This document shows, piece by piece, positions 28,378 to 38,577 of a stretch of DNA of 64,000 nucleotides. The DNA is from an uncultured archaeon (lineage in GTDB: Archaea; Asgardarchaeota; Thorarchaeia; Thorarchaeales; Thorarchaeaceae): NCBI GenBank assembly GCA_964473825.1, contig CAYYQL010000002.1:205288-269287 (forward strand), in the 5' to 3' direction. The first letter of the stretch is position 1; each line of letters begins with the position of its first letter. Made by a program: the position numbers and the translations under genes. The notes beneath the pieces are model-generated. The model ran no database searches. It was not told where the DNA came from and saw only the letters and a list, made by a program, of their open reading frames with translations.

Positions 28378-29390
28378 ACAACCAGAGAAAATACTTGTCT
28401 AGTCAATCCACTATGCACTCTCAAATCAATCACGGTTTCAATCATAATGTCTAAGTCACTAATGACATCACGCAACTTCATATCACTACTTGCACACAGA
28501 CACATTCTTCCTCCCTTGTCCAGTATTCGGTGCACATCATTTAAGAAGACCTCAACAAGTTTTTCAGCTTGACTTCCTCTGGTTGAGCTTGCTCTTCCAT
28601 AAGGCGGATCGGTGACAATACAGTCACAAGAATCCACAGGACAATACCTTGCATCTCCTTGTACAAGGCTAGCTCTTATGCCTGCTTCATCTGCTAGGTT
28701 GATTTGTGCACCCCTCAAGAGCCTCCAGTTTACATCTAATCCTATGCCTCTTGCACCAATGAATACTGCCTCACAGAGAATCCCACCTGCACCACAGAAC
28801 GGGTCTAATACTAGGCTATCTGGCATTACTTGAGCAAGGTTGACCATAGCTCTCGCAAGCTTGGCATTCATCATCGAGGGATGGAAAAACTTCTTCCTAC
28901 CGGGTTCACGAAGTTCTAACAGTTTTCTCACCTTTGAATTCTGTGAAACCGTGAGCAGTTTTTTCTCCTCAGAGCATATGACTAAGAATAGAATATCAGG
29001 GCCTTCTAGTGAAACTTCTGCTTGGTTGTGTTTCAGAAGCAGATGGCCAACTTGGGCGGATAGATTGCTAGTTTCTCTTCTCTCTGCCCACTCTCCAAGA
29101 TGCAGGGCTCTGACAGCAAAAGTTTCTGATTCAGGAATCAAGCCTACCAGTTTCTCTTGTGGAATGTCCCCAATCTGATGAAACTCGGCAATCACTCTTC
29201 CACTCTTCTTGACAAAAGCTGCCCTGTGAAGCAGGAAATCTGTCAGATCAGATTCGAAACGGAACCTTCCTAGTTGTCCTGTCCATTCTACATGTATTCC
29301 CTTGCAGTGTATTTCCAAGAGTGATTCTGTTTCTGCTTTGCCAAGCGGAATGACCTCCCCGGAAACATATACAAAATAGTCCTGAATCAA
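28374..29390 (-). CDS. trm11: THUMP + SAM methyltransferase, tRNA m2G10 (Trm11-like); start taken at TTG 29390
   Basis: FFHPSMMNAKLARAMVNL; LDPFCGAGG; IVTDPPYGR; RVHSGLTR. Confidence 0.85.
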   Translation of the reverse strand: MIQDYFVYVSGEVIPLGKAETESLLEIHCKGIHVEWTGQLGRFRFESDLTDFLLHRAAFVKKSGRVIAEFHQIGDIPQEKLVGLIPESETFAVRALHLGEWAERRETSNLSAQVGHLLLKHNQAEVSLEGPDILFLVICSEEKKLLTVSQNSKVRKLLELREPGRKKFFHPSMMNAKLARAMVNLAQVMPDSLVLDPFCGAGGILCEAVFIGARGIGLDVNWRLLRGAQINLADEAGIRASLVQGDARYCPVDSCDCIVTDPPYGRASSTRGSQAEKLVEVFLNDVHRILDKGGRMCLCASSDMKLRDVISDLDIMIETVIDLRVHSGLTRQVFSLVV

Positions 29391-29400
29391 TCCAGTAACC

Positions 29401-30165
29401 TCAATCGTATACGTTATCTCCACCCATGAATAACCGCTGCATGTGACCATAGAGCATATCAAGTCCCATACGCGTTTTTGCGGAAACCGGTGTCAGGCTA
29501 GTGGCTCCACCCAAATCCTCTAGCATGCGAATAATTGACTGGGAATACTCTCTTGTGAGCCCCGAGGCTGAATTGTACAGCGCATCCTCCAACATGAAGG
29601 TATCCTCCGACCATGTTACGATTTTCTCAATGGTTGCTTCTTCTAGTATGTCACATTTGCTTAGGATGTTTAGCTGAGGGAGATTAAACCGGATTGAAAT
29701 GGAGAGACCTAAGAGAGTCGAAGAAAGATAACCCTCTGGTGTTTGTGCAATATTCGAGTCGAGAAGGTATACGGAGAGGGCGGGCTCAGTCCCAGTGAGA
29801 CCAGTCACAAAAAGTGGCCCAGAGTTTCGATATGCAAAAAGCTCCATCTGCCCTGGGCAATCAACGATAACATAATCTGTTTCGCGTTCTAGTATATCAT
29901 CACGGATATCTGGGAGATACCCGATTGCCATATCCATGGACGCAACCAGCGCTCCATTCGGCCCTAGACCGAACTTAGTAATCACTTCTCCATAGTCAAC
30001 ATATTCTCTAATGTCAACATCGCTTGTATAGGGTGGAGCATCAACACCAGGATCAAGATTCACAACGGTTGTGCTGATTTCTGTATCCACAAGCCACTTC
30101 TCAAGGGCCGCAGCAAGAAGCGACTTACCGGAGCCAGCAGTTCCAACTAGAAACACCAAGAACAT
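29401..30165 (-). CDS. GPN-loop GTPase
   Basis: GTAGSGKS; NLDPG; GLGPNGAL; DCPGQME. Confidence 0.92.
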   Translation of the reverse strand: MFLVFLVGTAGSGKSLLAAALEKWLVDTEISTTVVNLDPGVDAPPYTSDVDIREYVDYGEVITKFGLGPNGALVASMDMAIGYLPDIRDDILERETDYVIVDCPGQMELFAYRNSGPLFVTGLTGTEPALSVYLLDSNIAQTPEGYLSSTLLGLSISIRFNLPQLNILSKCDILEEATIEKIVTWSEDTFMLEDALYNSASGLTREYSQSIIRMLEDLGGATSLTPVSAKTRMGLDMLYGHMQRLFMGGDNVYD

Positions 30166-30291
30166 ATCGCTAATCTAGAACACAGAAACACGAGCACTCT
30201 TTGAGTCCTTCGGTCCGGTGAGTAACAAGGGGATATCATTCAAAATTGGGAAAAGACAAGTCTTATCTGTAATACATTCGGGGGTTGAATC

Positions 30292-31035
30292 ATGGAACAG
30301 AATGAGGCGCGAAGACGGCTTGCAGAGGCAATGGCAGGAGAAATCTGTCTTGCTGAAAATAATCCCGGTTCGCTGATGCGACGGTGGCGTGACCATTTCC
30401 AAATCTCCCAGAAGGACTTGGCAGAGCATCTTGACGTTTCTCCTTCAGTAATCAGTGACTATGAGAGCGGTCGAAGGAAGTCGCCTCGTGTGGATACCAT
30501 AAGACGTTTTGTTGAGGGTCTGATTGAGATGGATGCAGCAAACGGGGGAAGGATTGCCATGGCTCTTGAGAAGCTCGTAGCTCCAGAAATTGCTTCAGAT
30601 GCTATTCTTGATAGCCGAGAATTCGGATTTCCCGTTCCCGCCAGATTACTTGTAGAGAGGCTAGATTGCAAAGTGCTTACTCACAACAGTCTTCTCGATC
30701 GGGATATCTGCGGTTACACTGCACTGGATAGCGTAAAGGCAATAGTATCCCTCACTCCTCAGCAGCTATTGAAACTCTACGGCGGCACAACTCAGCGCGC
30801 CGCCATATTGACACATGTTTCCACTGGCAGATCTCCAATGGTTGCAATAAAGGCCAGCCAAATCGGAACCTCCATTGCCGTCAAGCCTGCTGTGGTAATC
30901 ATCCACGGTGTCAAAGAGCTGGATCCTCTGGCCATAAGAATCGCTGACAGCATCCATATTCCTCTATGCGTATCAGGGATAGAGTCCGCTGATGACTTGG
31001 TGCGCGAAATCAGATCGTTTAATCCCGTGATGTAA
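30292..31035 (+). CDS. XRE-family HTH transcriptional regulator (COG1709-like)
   Basis: AGEI..PG..MRRWRDHFQISQKDLAEHLDVSPSVISDYESGRRKSP; VSTGRSPMVAIK. Confidence 0.85.
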   Translation: MEQNEARRRLAEAMAGEICLAENNPGSLMRRWRDHFQISQKDLAEHLDVSPSVISDYESGRRKSPRVDTIRRFVEGLIEMDAANGGRIAMALEKLVAPEIASDAILDSREFGFPVPARLLVERLDCKVLTHNSLLDRDICGYTALDSVKAIVSLTPQQLLKLYGGTTQRAAILTHVSTGRSPMVAIKASQIGTSIAVKPAVVIIHGVKELDPLAIRIADSIHIPLCVSGIESADDLVREIRSFNPVM

Positions 31036-31040
31036 AGAAT

Positions 31041-32351
31041 ATGAAGGCGTTTCAGATGGAATATTCAATCGAAGTCAACGATCCCATACATGGTTTCGTT
31101 GGTTTGACGGAACTAGAATCAAAGATAATCGATTCCAGACCATACCAACGACTTAGGAGAATAAAGCAACTCTCCGGTGGCCATTTTGTCTATCCAACCG
31201 CCGAGCACACTCGGTTCGGCCACTGTATCGGCGCGATGTTTCTTGCAGGACTAATGGGAAATCAACTACTCCCCATGATTGACCTAGGAGAAGAAGCATT
31301 GCAGGAAATCCGCGTTGCCGCTCTCTTGCATGACATAGGACATGGCCCTTTCAGCCATGTTTTTGAGGAGGTTCTCGTAGAAAGTCGTAATCTCAATCAC
31401 GAAGATGTTACCGAGTGGATTATTCGAGAAAGCGAGATTGGTGACCTACTAGAAGACGCAACTATCTCAAAGGCCCGTGTTGCAGACTTAGTGCGAGGTC
31501 GCCGTCTTACAAAGACTGATGCAATAGTGAGTGGAATTGTGGCGGGCCAAGTCGACGTAGACAAGATGGACTATCTGATTCGTGATTCTTTCTATTGCGG
31601 TGTCAGCTATGGTTTGGTTGATATTCATCGCCTCATCAAGAGTGTAGAGGTTTCAGATGACTATACAATCCAGTTCGATATCGCTGCACGAGGTGCACTA
31701 GAGTCTTTCTTGGTCGCTCGCTATGAGATGTTTCTCAATGTCTACTATCACAAGACAGTACGAAGTGTTGAGGTTATGCTTGTCAAGCTCATGACATCAG
31801 CAGACGCTGTTCTATCATTAACCGCCTTTGAAGAACCGGAGGACTTCTTGGTTCTCGATGACATCTCTTTAATATCCCGTGTTAGACAATTGGACCCTTC
31901 TATATCTCCTGAGGCTGGAGAAGCAGTCCGGATGGTGAATATGCTCGACTCTCGTACACTTTACAAATCTGCATTCGAGAAGGTGCTTCACACACAAGAC
32001 AGATTCGTTTCAAAAATTCTTACGAAGAAAAAAGTTCGAGCCAGTATCGAGGAAGAAATTGCAGAGAGTGCGGATGTTCCAGTAGAAGACGTCATTGTAG
32101 ATGTTCCTACGTTACCATCAGTGCCTTATAATCCACATCAACTAGATCCGATGGAAATTGGCATATTCGAGATAATAGATGGAAAGAAAGTACCGCAGAA
32201 TCTATCAGATTATTCGAATATAGCTGAAATGATGAAGGGCTACTTGGACGTAATCAGAGTATACACTTCGGATGCAAATCGACACAAGGTTGGACGGGCA
32301 TCTCGCGAAATCTTCCAAGAGGTGCCTACAGCAGCTTTGATTCATATGTAA
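31041..32351 (+). CDS. HD-domain phosphohydrolase (SAMHD1/dNTPase-like)
   Basis: DPIHG; QRLRRIKQL; HTRFGH; LLHDIGHGPFSH; DVDKMDYL.RD; VYYHK. Confidence 0.9.
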   Translation: MKAFQMEYSIEVNDPIHGFVGLTELESKIIDSRPYQRLRRIKQLSGGHFVYPTAEHTRFGHCIGAMFLAGLMGNQLLPMIDLGEEALQEIRVAALLHDIGHGPFSHVFEEVLVESRNLNHEDVTEWIIRESEIGDLLEDATISKARVADLVRGRRLTKTDAIVSGIVAGQVDVDKMDYLIRDSFYCGVSYGLVDIHRLIKSVEVSDDYTIQFDIAARGALESFLVARYEMFLNVYYHKTVRSVEVMLVKLMTSADAVLSLTAFEEPEDFLVLDDISLISRVRQLDPSISPEAGEAVRMVNMLDSRTLYKSAFEKVLHTQDRFVSKILTKKKVRASIEEEIAESADVPVEDVIVDVPTLPSVPYNPHQLDPMEIGIFEIIDGKKVPQNLSDYSNIAEMMKGYLDVIRVYTSDANRHKVGRASREIFQEVPTAALIHM

Positions 32352-32499
32352 GTAATTAGGCTGCTGCCCACTTCCTCCACTTATTCGTCTGTATTCAAGT
32401 TAATGCGATACAGCATATTCTCTCACGTCCTGTGTGGAGATTAAATAGTATCAGCAAGGATTCTAGGATAGCATACAAATCTCCCCAAGAGGCCATCCG

Positions 32500-33447
32500 A
32501 TGAATGATGAACTGAATGAAACTCTCCAAGACATCAAGATGATAAGTGGAGTTGAGAATGTCGTCCTCGTACAACGTGATGGGCTGCCCGTTGCCAGTGC
32601 TGGGGTCTGGTTCAGCAAGGACGAAGTATTTGCAGTTGCATCATCAACCTGTGCTATCTTTGGGGTGGCACGTCTAGTACATGGGAATTTCAAGTATCTT
32701 CTTATGGAATCTGATACATCCAAAGTCTTTCTTGCTTCTTTGCCTAACGACGAAAATTACTTCCTCACAATTACAACAGCGCCTAGGGTCAACCTCGCCG
32801 CGCTTTTCATTGAGATGAGGGCTAATCTATCCCAAATCTCGTACTTACTGAGACAGAGTGTGAACGGTCATCTTCCACCACTGAGATCTTACAGCAACAA
32901 CGAAACACAACAGATTCTCCAAGGATTTGCTGTATCTGATGATGTAGCTACATCCTATTCCACCTCTCGATCAATAATATCTCTGGACAGGTCACAAGCA
33001 TTGACTCTACGAAGTGTCCTTAGACAGGTACATGATAGTATTCCTGGAGTTGATTCCGTCTTCTTGGCACTAAATGGAGGCGTTAGGGTTTCTTTGAACG
33101 GTTTTACGAATGATCGGTTAGCTGCCATGTCATTTGCACTACATGACGCATCAGAGAGAGTCGTGAGAACCCTGAGAAATAGCTCACTTCAGACTGTGCT
33201 CTGTGAAACTGATAAGACACGCCACTTCATCTATTCAGTTCCAAATGGTGTCTTCTCTCTCTGGGTAGACCGAGATAGTCAAAAACTGGGCCTCATGCGT
33301 CTGTTACTTAAACACTATATCTCCGAAGCCAGAAGAATCCTAGAAACTGCAACCATACGCCAGCCTTCTATTCCTGATGACCTGAAAGAGCTTCTTCTCT
33401 CTGCTGGTCCTGAGAGAAGTCTTCTGTTTGCGGGGCGAGAACCGTGA
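32500..33447 (+). CDS. Tandem roadblock/LC7 (MglB/LAMTOR-like) domain protein
   Basis: Domain 1: LQDIKMISGVENVVLVQRDGLPVAS...FAVASS; domain 2: LRQVHDSIPGVDSVFLALNGG...RLAAMS...LGLMRLLL. Confidence 0.8.
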   Translation: MNDELNETLQDIKMISGVENVVLVQRDGLPVASAGVWFSKDEVFAVASSTCAIFGVARLVHGNFKYLLMESDTSKVFLASLPNDENYFLTITTAPRVNLAALFIEMRANLSQISYLLRQSVNGHLPPLRSYSNNETQQILQGFAVSDDVATSYSTSRSIISLDRSQALTLRSVLRQVHDSIPGVDSVFLALNGGVRVSLNGFTNDRLAAMSFALHDASERVVRTLRNSSLQTVLCETDKTRHFIYSVPNGVFSLWVDRDSQKLGLMRLLLKHYISEARRILETATIRQPSIPDDLKELLLSAGPERSLLFAGREP

Positions 33448-34364
33448 CCTATTCAATCCTCAAAATGATTGAAATCATGGGGAATGAGTTTTCGCTTCTA
33501 TTGAACTCTATTCTCATCCGTATTCCTGTAGTTGTCGTTGGACAAGACATAGAGTTGATTGATGATGTTTCTAATAGCCTTACAAGTCTCTGTCCACATA
33601 GACACAAAATCATGTTTTGGCGGGACTTCACATCAGAAGACGCGATATCTGCTGTTTGGGAAGAGGAAAGACATAACCACGAAGTTAGTAGAACTGTTGT
33701 ATGCTCCTTGGCTTCAAACTTACGGCTTGCTCTAGACAGAATCGGAAAATTTAGTGGTTGGATTTTATCGCTGCCTTTGGGTTCCAAGATATTCGGGGCC
33801 ACAATCAACGAACGCGAAATTGGAAATATAATAGAGCAAATTCGTTCAGACTCTAAGAACTGTGGTATTCTGAGAGTCCATTCACCTTCAGCTCTAAGCT
33901 TTCATACTTCAGAATCTCCCGCCAGCAGTCTTGCTCTCGAGAAGGGGATTGTAGACAAGATACTGGCACGAAAGCGACAATCTCTGGAGCGAATCAAGAG
34001 GCTTCTCCGAAAATCACTACGTGCAGTGGATGGTGCTGCAGGACTGGTGTCCACAGTACTTGCTCTCGATGACGAGTCCGATAAGATAACTCAAGATGTG
34101 TTCAGGGAGGAGATAAGCAGTTATGTGCATGCCGCTCGAAGGGCAGTTACAATCCTGTCCAGAATTCGATTAGCAAGAGAACTAGGTGCTCCTACAACCC
34201 TTACAGAACGCAATCTCTTGGAGGCTGTGGGCTGGGAATCGGGAAACCTAGGCGATATGATTCAGCTCATTCGGGCAGAATGGCATGAAGATTTCTCAGA
34301 TTGTGTCAAGACCGGCACGCTCTCTGGACTTGGAGCTTGGGTGGACAGCATGTGGGGAACATAA
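33444..34364 (+). CDS. Hypothetical protein with a DENN/folliculin C-terminal-like alpha/beta domain
   Basis: LLLNSILIRIPVVVVGQDIELIDDVSNSLTSLCP resembles the cDENN start motif by eye; helical C-terminus; translationally coupled (GTGA overlap) to the roadblock gene. Confidence 0.5.
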   Translation: MTYSILKMIEIMGNEFSLLLNSILIRIPVVVVGQDIELIDDVSNSLTSLCPHRHKIMFWRDFTSEDAISAVWEEERHNHEVSRTVVCSLASNLRLALDRIGKFSGWILSLPLGSKIFGATINEREIGNIIEQIRSDSKNCGILRVHSPSALSFHTSESPASSLALEKGIVDKILARKRQSLERIKRLLRKSLRAVDGAAGLVSTVLALDDESDKITQDVFREEISSYVHAARRAVTILSRIRLARELGAPTTLTERNLLEAVGWESGNLGDMIQLIRAEWHEDFSDCVKTGTLSGLGAWVDSMWGT

Positions 34365-34380
34365 TTTTGAGGTGAAACGA

Positions 34381-34962
34381 GTGATAATCGACTATGGCAA
34401 CAAGACGATTGGCTTAAAAATAGTCTTCTTTGGGCCAGCAATGAGTGGGAAAACTACATCTGTTCGGTGGCTCTTTTCAGCTCTAGAATGTGCAGACCGA
34501 TTGACTTCAATCGAGAACACTGTTGGACGGACCATGTTCTGTGATTTTGGAACTATTCCCATACCACTAGATGATGTCTGGAATCTGAATGCACATGTTT
34601 GGTCTGCCACCGGGCAAGATTTTTACCGATCCACTAGGGAGGTTGTTTTAGTGGGCGCAGACGGAGTGATTTTTGTTGCTGATGCTCAACGTCATCTCCT
34701 CGATGATAATCTTGCAAGCTGGAACGAGCTTATGACTCTAGTTGATGAAGGAACCGACCCCCTTCCGGTGGTCGTCTGCCTCAACAAACAGGATTTGTCT
34801 AATGTTGTTGGTGAGGAAGAAATCAGACACTACTTGAGGATACCTAGTTCTATCACAGTATTTGAGAGCATCGCAAAAGAGGGATATAACATAATTGAGG
34901 CTTTTCGCTTACTATTCCAGAATGCCATGCGAGCAAGTGTCGTAGCACAACAGATGCAATGA
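34381..34962 (+). CDS. Small Ras-like GTPase (MglA-like); start at GTG 34381 after an SD (GAGGTGA)
   Basis: IDYGNKTIGLKIVFFGPAMSGKTT; RTMFCDF; WSATGQ; ADGVIFVADA; NKQD; SIA. Confidence 0.88.
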   Translation: MIIDYGNKTIGLKIVFFGPAMSGKTTSVRWLFSALECADRLTSIENTVGRTMFCDFGTIPIPLDDVWNLNAHVWSATGQDFYRSTREVVLVGADGVIFVADAQRHLLDDNLASWNELMTLVDEGTDPLPVVVCLNKQDLSNVVGEEEIRHYLRIPSSITVFESIAKEGYNIIEAFRLLFQNAMRASVVAQQMQ

Positions 34963-35090
34963 CACTATGCAACCCATGTTACAGCTGCCAATAGTTCCGA
35001 CACTGTAGACAAGAGCACTGACATAGCAAATTTGGCACTGTTTCAGTACATTGTTCACTTTGATATTCAGCAGGCGCAGCAAGGGGGATC

Positions 35091-35152
35091 ACACATTTCT
35101 TACATATGGAAACTTGGTTCCTTTAGAGATATGTAAGATTCTGGTCTTCTGG
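35091..35152. repeat. 62-bp dispersed repeat, copy 1, with inverted arms TCTTACATAT/ATATGTAAGA
   Basis: 57/62 identical to 40310..40371 by manual alignment. Confidence 0.9.
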
Positions 35153-35362
35153 AGTTTGATTCACCCCCTCGTACCGGTTCGCTGATGAAGGGTTGCAGAG
35201 AGCAGTCTGTGCCCTTTCCAGAAGCAGTGATTAGAACATGATTTGTTCTAGGAAACCCCGGCACGTTTCCATGAGAGCCTTAGTTGAAAATAAAGGCACG
35301 CATCTATAAGGCGATTCAATGTTAGAGATATAATCTTACCTAGTAGTCCATCTGCAGAAATG

Positions 35363-36766
35363 CTACGACTTTTCGTTTTCGATCTCATTCAGCACGTTGG
35401 TCATTGTCTTCTTAGCGGTCGCCGCCAGTGTATCAACTGACTGCTTGGTTCTGGCCCCCACATAGAACCTTGCCTTCGGTTCTGTTCCTGATACTCGGAC
35501 CAAGAGATAAGAGCCATCGTTTCTTTCAATCCGTACACCATCCACCTCGAGAATCTGGTCGATATTGGAAACCTTCTCGGGTAGAGCCTTACGGACTCCT
35601 TGCATGAAGTTCTGCTTCAGAGAATCAGGGCATGTGATGAAGTCCCGTACCATAGGATACTCTGGTATCTGTTTCATTAGTTCAATGCAGCTTCCATCCC
35701 CCTCATTGACAACAAGCTGAGCAAGACGAGCCGCTCCTGCGATACCGTCCATCCACCCTCCAAGCTCCGTGAATATTGGCTTCCAGGGCTCGGAGGCGAA
35801 TACAATCTCGTCATAGCGGAGTGCAAGTTCCTCCTGAAGCGAACCTAAGGAGCGGCGCACCAACTCGCCACCATGAGATTTCACAATCTCATCTATGACA
35901 TTGGAGGTATCAATGGATACAACGACCAGACCACCATCTTGTTCCTCTAGCTCGTACTTTGCAAACAGAGCGATGACTCGATTCTGATCTATGAAGCGTC
36001 CCTCTTCGTCAATGACTGCCAAACGGTCGCCGTCGCCGTCATGACATACTGTGACTGCAAAGTCCGACTGTGCAGCCATATTCATTGTGAACTCCAGATT
36101 ACGAGGTGACGGTTCAGCTGGCCTACCCGGGAAATAGCCGTCTTGGTGGGAGTTGATTGTCAGAACTGAGAAACCCAAATCACGAAGAAGGTGTGGTGTA
36201 TAATTAGATGCAGCGCCGTTTGCCGCATCGACAAGAATCTTACAGCTTCCCTTGACATCACCTCTGTTGAGTATCATGTTCCTGATTCGCTGCATGTATG
36301 ATATGCGCGTATCGTGAGAAGACTTCGTCCCCAGCAGATTCCAATCTGCGACAAGAAAGCCCTCATCGAAATAATGCGTTTCTATTTCTACCTCTTCTGA
36401 CCTCAGGAACTCGCGCCCTTGCTTGAAGAACTTGAACCCATTATCTGAAGCAGGATTGTGACTCGCCGTAATTACGACGCCTATGTCAATACCGTCAATA
36501 GAACTCTGGAAACCAACTGCAGGCATTGGGACTATGCCGAGGTCGACTACATCAACACCCGTGGACAGCAGGCCTGATACGAAGGCGTGATGGAGCATCA
36601 CACGTGAGGTTCGTGCATCAGTGCCCACCGCAACGACCCCACTTCCTTTGAGGGTACTGCCAAGTGCGCGGCCTAGATTCATCGAGCTGACCGGATTCAC
36701 TTTTTCGAATCCCCCTCTGATTCCTGATGTTCCAAAGAGCTTCTGTTTATCGTCTGTGTGGACCAT
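35363..36766 (-). CDS. Phosphoglucomutase/phosphomannomutase/phosphoglucosamine mutase family protein
   Basis: LFGTSGIRG; ITASHNP; HDGDGDR; RVSGTEP. Confidence 0.92.
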   Translation of the reverse strand: MVHTDDKQKLFGTSGIRGGFEKVNPVSSMNLGRALGSTLKGSGVVAVGTDARTSRVMLHHAFVSGLLSTGVDVVDLGIVPMPAVGFQSSIDGIDIGVVITASHNPASDNGFKFFKQGREFLRSEEVEIETHYFDEGFLVADWNLLGTKSSHDTRISYMQRIRNMILNRGDVKGSCKILVDAANGAASNYTPHLLRDLGFSVLTINSHQDGYFPGRPAEPSPRNLEFTMNMAAQSDFAVTVCHDGDGDRLAVIDEEGRFIDQNRVIALFAKYELEEQDGGLVVVSIDTSNVIDEIVKSHGGELVRRSLGSLQEELALRYDEIVFASEPWKPIFTELGGWMDGIAGAARLAQLVVNEGDGSCIELMKQIPEYPMVRDFITCPDSLKQNFMQGVRKALPEKVSNIDQILEVDGVRIERNDGSYLLVRVSGTEPKARFYVGARTKQSVDTLAATAKKTMTNVLNEIENEKS

Positions 36767-36878
36767 ATCCTAGCCTCCGCATCTTCTGTATCTCGTTTCT
36801 TGTTCGTGACCGTTGTCAATCAACCTTGTCCTAGCATAGACTGTTGAAGGAGAATAGATTCTACGACCTTAATAACTG

Positions 36879-37469
36879 GTGTCCACACTGAACTACATGC
36901 ACTGCCAACATCTATGTTTGATCTCAAGGGCGATTCCAGACACAACCTCGTATAAGCAAGGAGAGCATCATCTTGAAAGCCGGCGGTTGTGGTCAATAGC
37001 CAAGAACGAACAAGCCCATTCTCTTCTTCGGGAACCGGCAATAATTGAGCTGAGTAGAAGAAGAGAAACCGGGGCAATAGAACTGTGTGATGCCTTGCTC
37101 AATTCCCAGAATGTAGAAGATTGGTTTGTTGCAGTCCACGCTTTGGTTGCAATGGACACACCCGATGCGATTGAACGGCTGATCCTCCTTTATGCCAATT
37201 CAAAAAACTGGAAGCGACGATATGTCTTCATGTCGATTGGGAGGGTTCTCACATTGGAGTTTATCCGACCTTTCCGGCAAATGGCAAAAGACTTTTTGAT
37301 GGCTGAGATGCTGGATGTGACAGGGTGGACTAGAACCGCCATCTTTGCAATGAAATCGATATGTGATTGCTATGGCATTAGAATATTAGAGAGAATGCAA
37401 CCGAGCTGTCAAGCAGCACATCGTCAACTCCCGGAAACCGAAAATACTGTTGTTATTCAGAAAGCATAG
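36879..37469 (+). CDS. Hypothetical protein, HEAT-like helical repeat (start uncertain)
   Basis: 190+ aa ORF filling the intergenic gap; AIELCDALL...AVHALVAMDTPDAIERL is HEAT-like. Confidence 0.5.
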   Translation: MSTLNYMHCQHLCLISRAIPDTTSYKQGEHHLESRRLWSIAKNEQAHSLLREPAIIELSRRRETGAIELCDALLNSQNVEDWFVAVHALVAMDTPDAIERLILLYANSKNWKRRYVFMSIGRVLTLEFIRPFRQMAKDFLMAEMLDVTGWTRTAIFAMKSICDCYGIRILERMQPSCQAAHRQLPETENTVVIQKA

Positions 37470-37470
37470 A

Positions 37471-38445
37471 TTAGTTTCTAGGTAGAGCGAGATCCGCTAT
37501 GTCTTTTGCAGATTCTCCAATTCGTGCCAATATATCCAAGATTTGAGTATGACGCTGAGATAGCTGCTCTTCCTTAGATACGAGATGGTGACGAACTGTA
37601 TCTATAAGCACCAACATCTCTTTCTCGGCATCCATGACCCACGCAACCTTATCAGAATCAAACCTGAATAGATTGGAGAGAGATCTTGCCAGCATTTCCT
37701 TGATAATCTCGCTGATAGATTCAATATCCTTCACCAGTTGCTTGGGAACAGGTTGGCTCGTTAGACCGGCTATATCCACTGCAAGATCCGCAATTCGTTC
37801 AATGTACTGGACCACAAGACGATAATCCAATGCCTCGACAGGAGCAATCCCCATCTTGTCCGCCATGCTAGGATACTGAATTGCAGATCGTAGCTCTCGA
37901 ACTATCAAGAAGAATAGGCGATCAACTTCCTCATCCCGATTTGCAACATCTTTGGCAAGCTTACTATCCCCTTCGAAATATGCCTGTAGAGCATCACGAA
38001 GCATTCTGGTCGCTATCAGATTTGTTCGCTTCATTGCTTTTTGAACAGGGATTGTAGACGGATCCACAAGGCACTGAATGAGCAGCATCTGATCTTCTTC
38101 ATCAGTGACTTCCAGAGCAACGAAGCGCTTGATGATACGTTTCAGTTCTTCTCTTTGTTCGTTTGTAATGGGTTTATCGCTTACAACACGAATCTCATCA
38201 AATCCGAGTAAATATTTGCTCGTAATGCCCCACCTCAAATTTGATTGGATTCGAATCTCCGTCTTTCTGCTTTCATCCGACTCACGCATTCTTGGATCGA
38301 TAATCAGACAACCATCTTCCTTCTCAGACACAATAACAGTGTCGCCTTTTTCGAGTTTCTGCCGCAAGACCCAGTCTTTTGGTAGCACTACAAGGTAGGA
38401 ACTACCTGTTCTCCCGCCAGTTTGCTGAAGTTTCCTAGTTTCCAT
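37471..38445 (-). CDS. phoU: Phosphate uptake regulator (AbrB-like N-domain + PhoU domains)
   Basis: METRKLQQTGG..SYLVVLPKDWV; RDEEVDRLFF; IERIADLA. Confidence 0.88.
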   Translation of the reverse strand: METRKLQQTGGRTGSSYLVVLPKDWVLRQKLEKGDTVIVSEKEDGCLIIDPRMRESDESRKTEIRIQSNLRWGITSKYLLGFDEIRVVSDKPITNEQREELKRIIKRFVALEVTDEEDQMLLIQCLVDPSTIPVQKAMKRTNLIATRMLRDALQAYFEGDSKLAKDVANRDEEVDRLFFLIVRELRSAIQYPSMADKMGIAPVEALDYRLVVQYIERIADLAVDIAGLTSQPVPKQLVKDIESISEIIKEMLARSLSNLFRFDSDKVAWVMDAEKEMLVLIDTVRHHLVSKEEQLSQRHTQILDILARIGESAKDIADLALPRN

Positions 38446-38577
38446 GTAATTTTCACCGCAGAATGATGGCTCCAAAGAATAGTCATGATGTAGTCTTATT
38501 ATGATTTTCAGCCGAGCACATAATCTGTTCGGTTCAATTTTAAAGGAGATAGAGATGACTACGAAAGCGATGAAACA

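Noticed and set aside
34285-34380. N-terminal extension of the GTPase ORF
   Set aside because: Overlaps the upstream gene; a strong SD and the MglA-like N-terminus indicate a start at GTG 34381
34979-35164. Minus-strand Cys-rich frame (ICKKC...CLQC) resembling a Zn finger
   Set aside because: Interrupted by an in-frame TAA present in both repeat copies, and copy 2 diverges after CKKC; not supportable as a CDS
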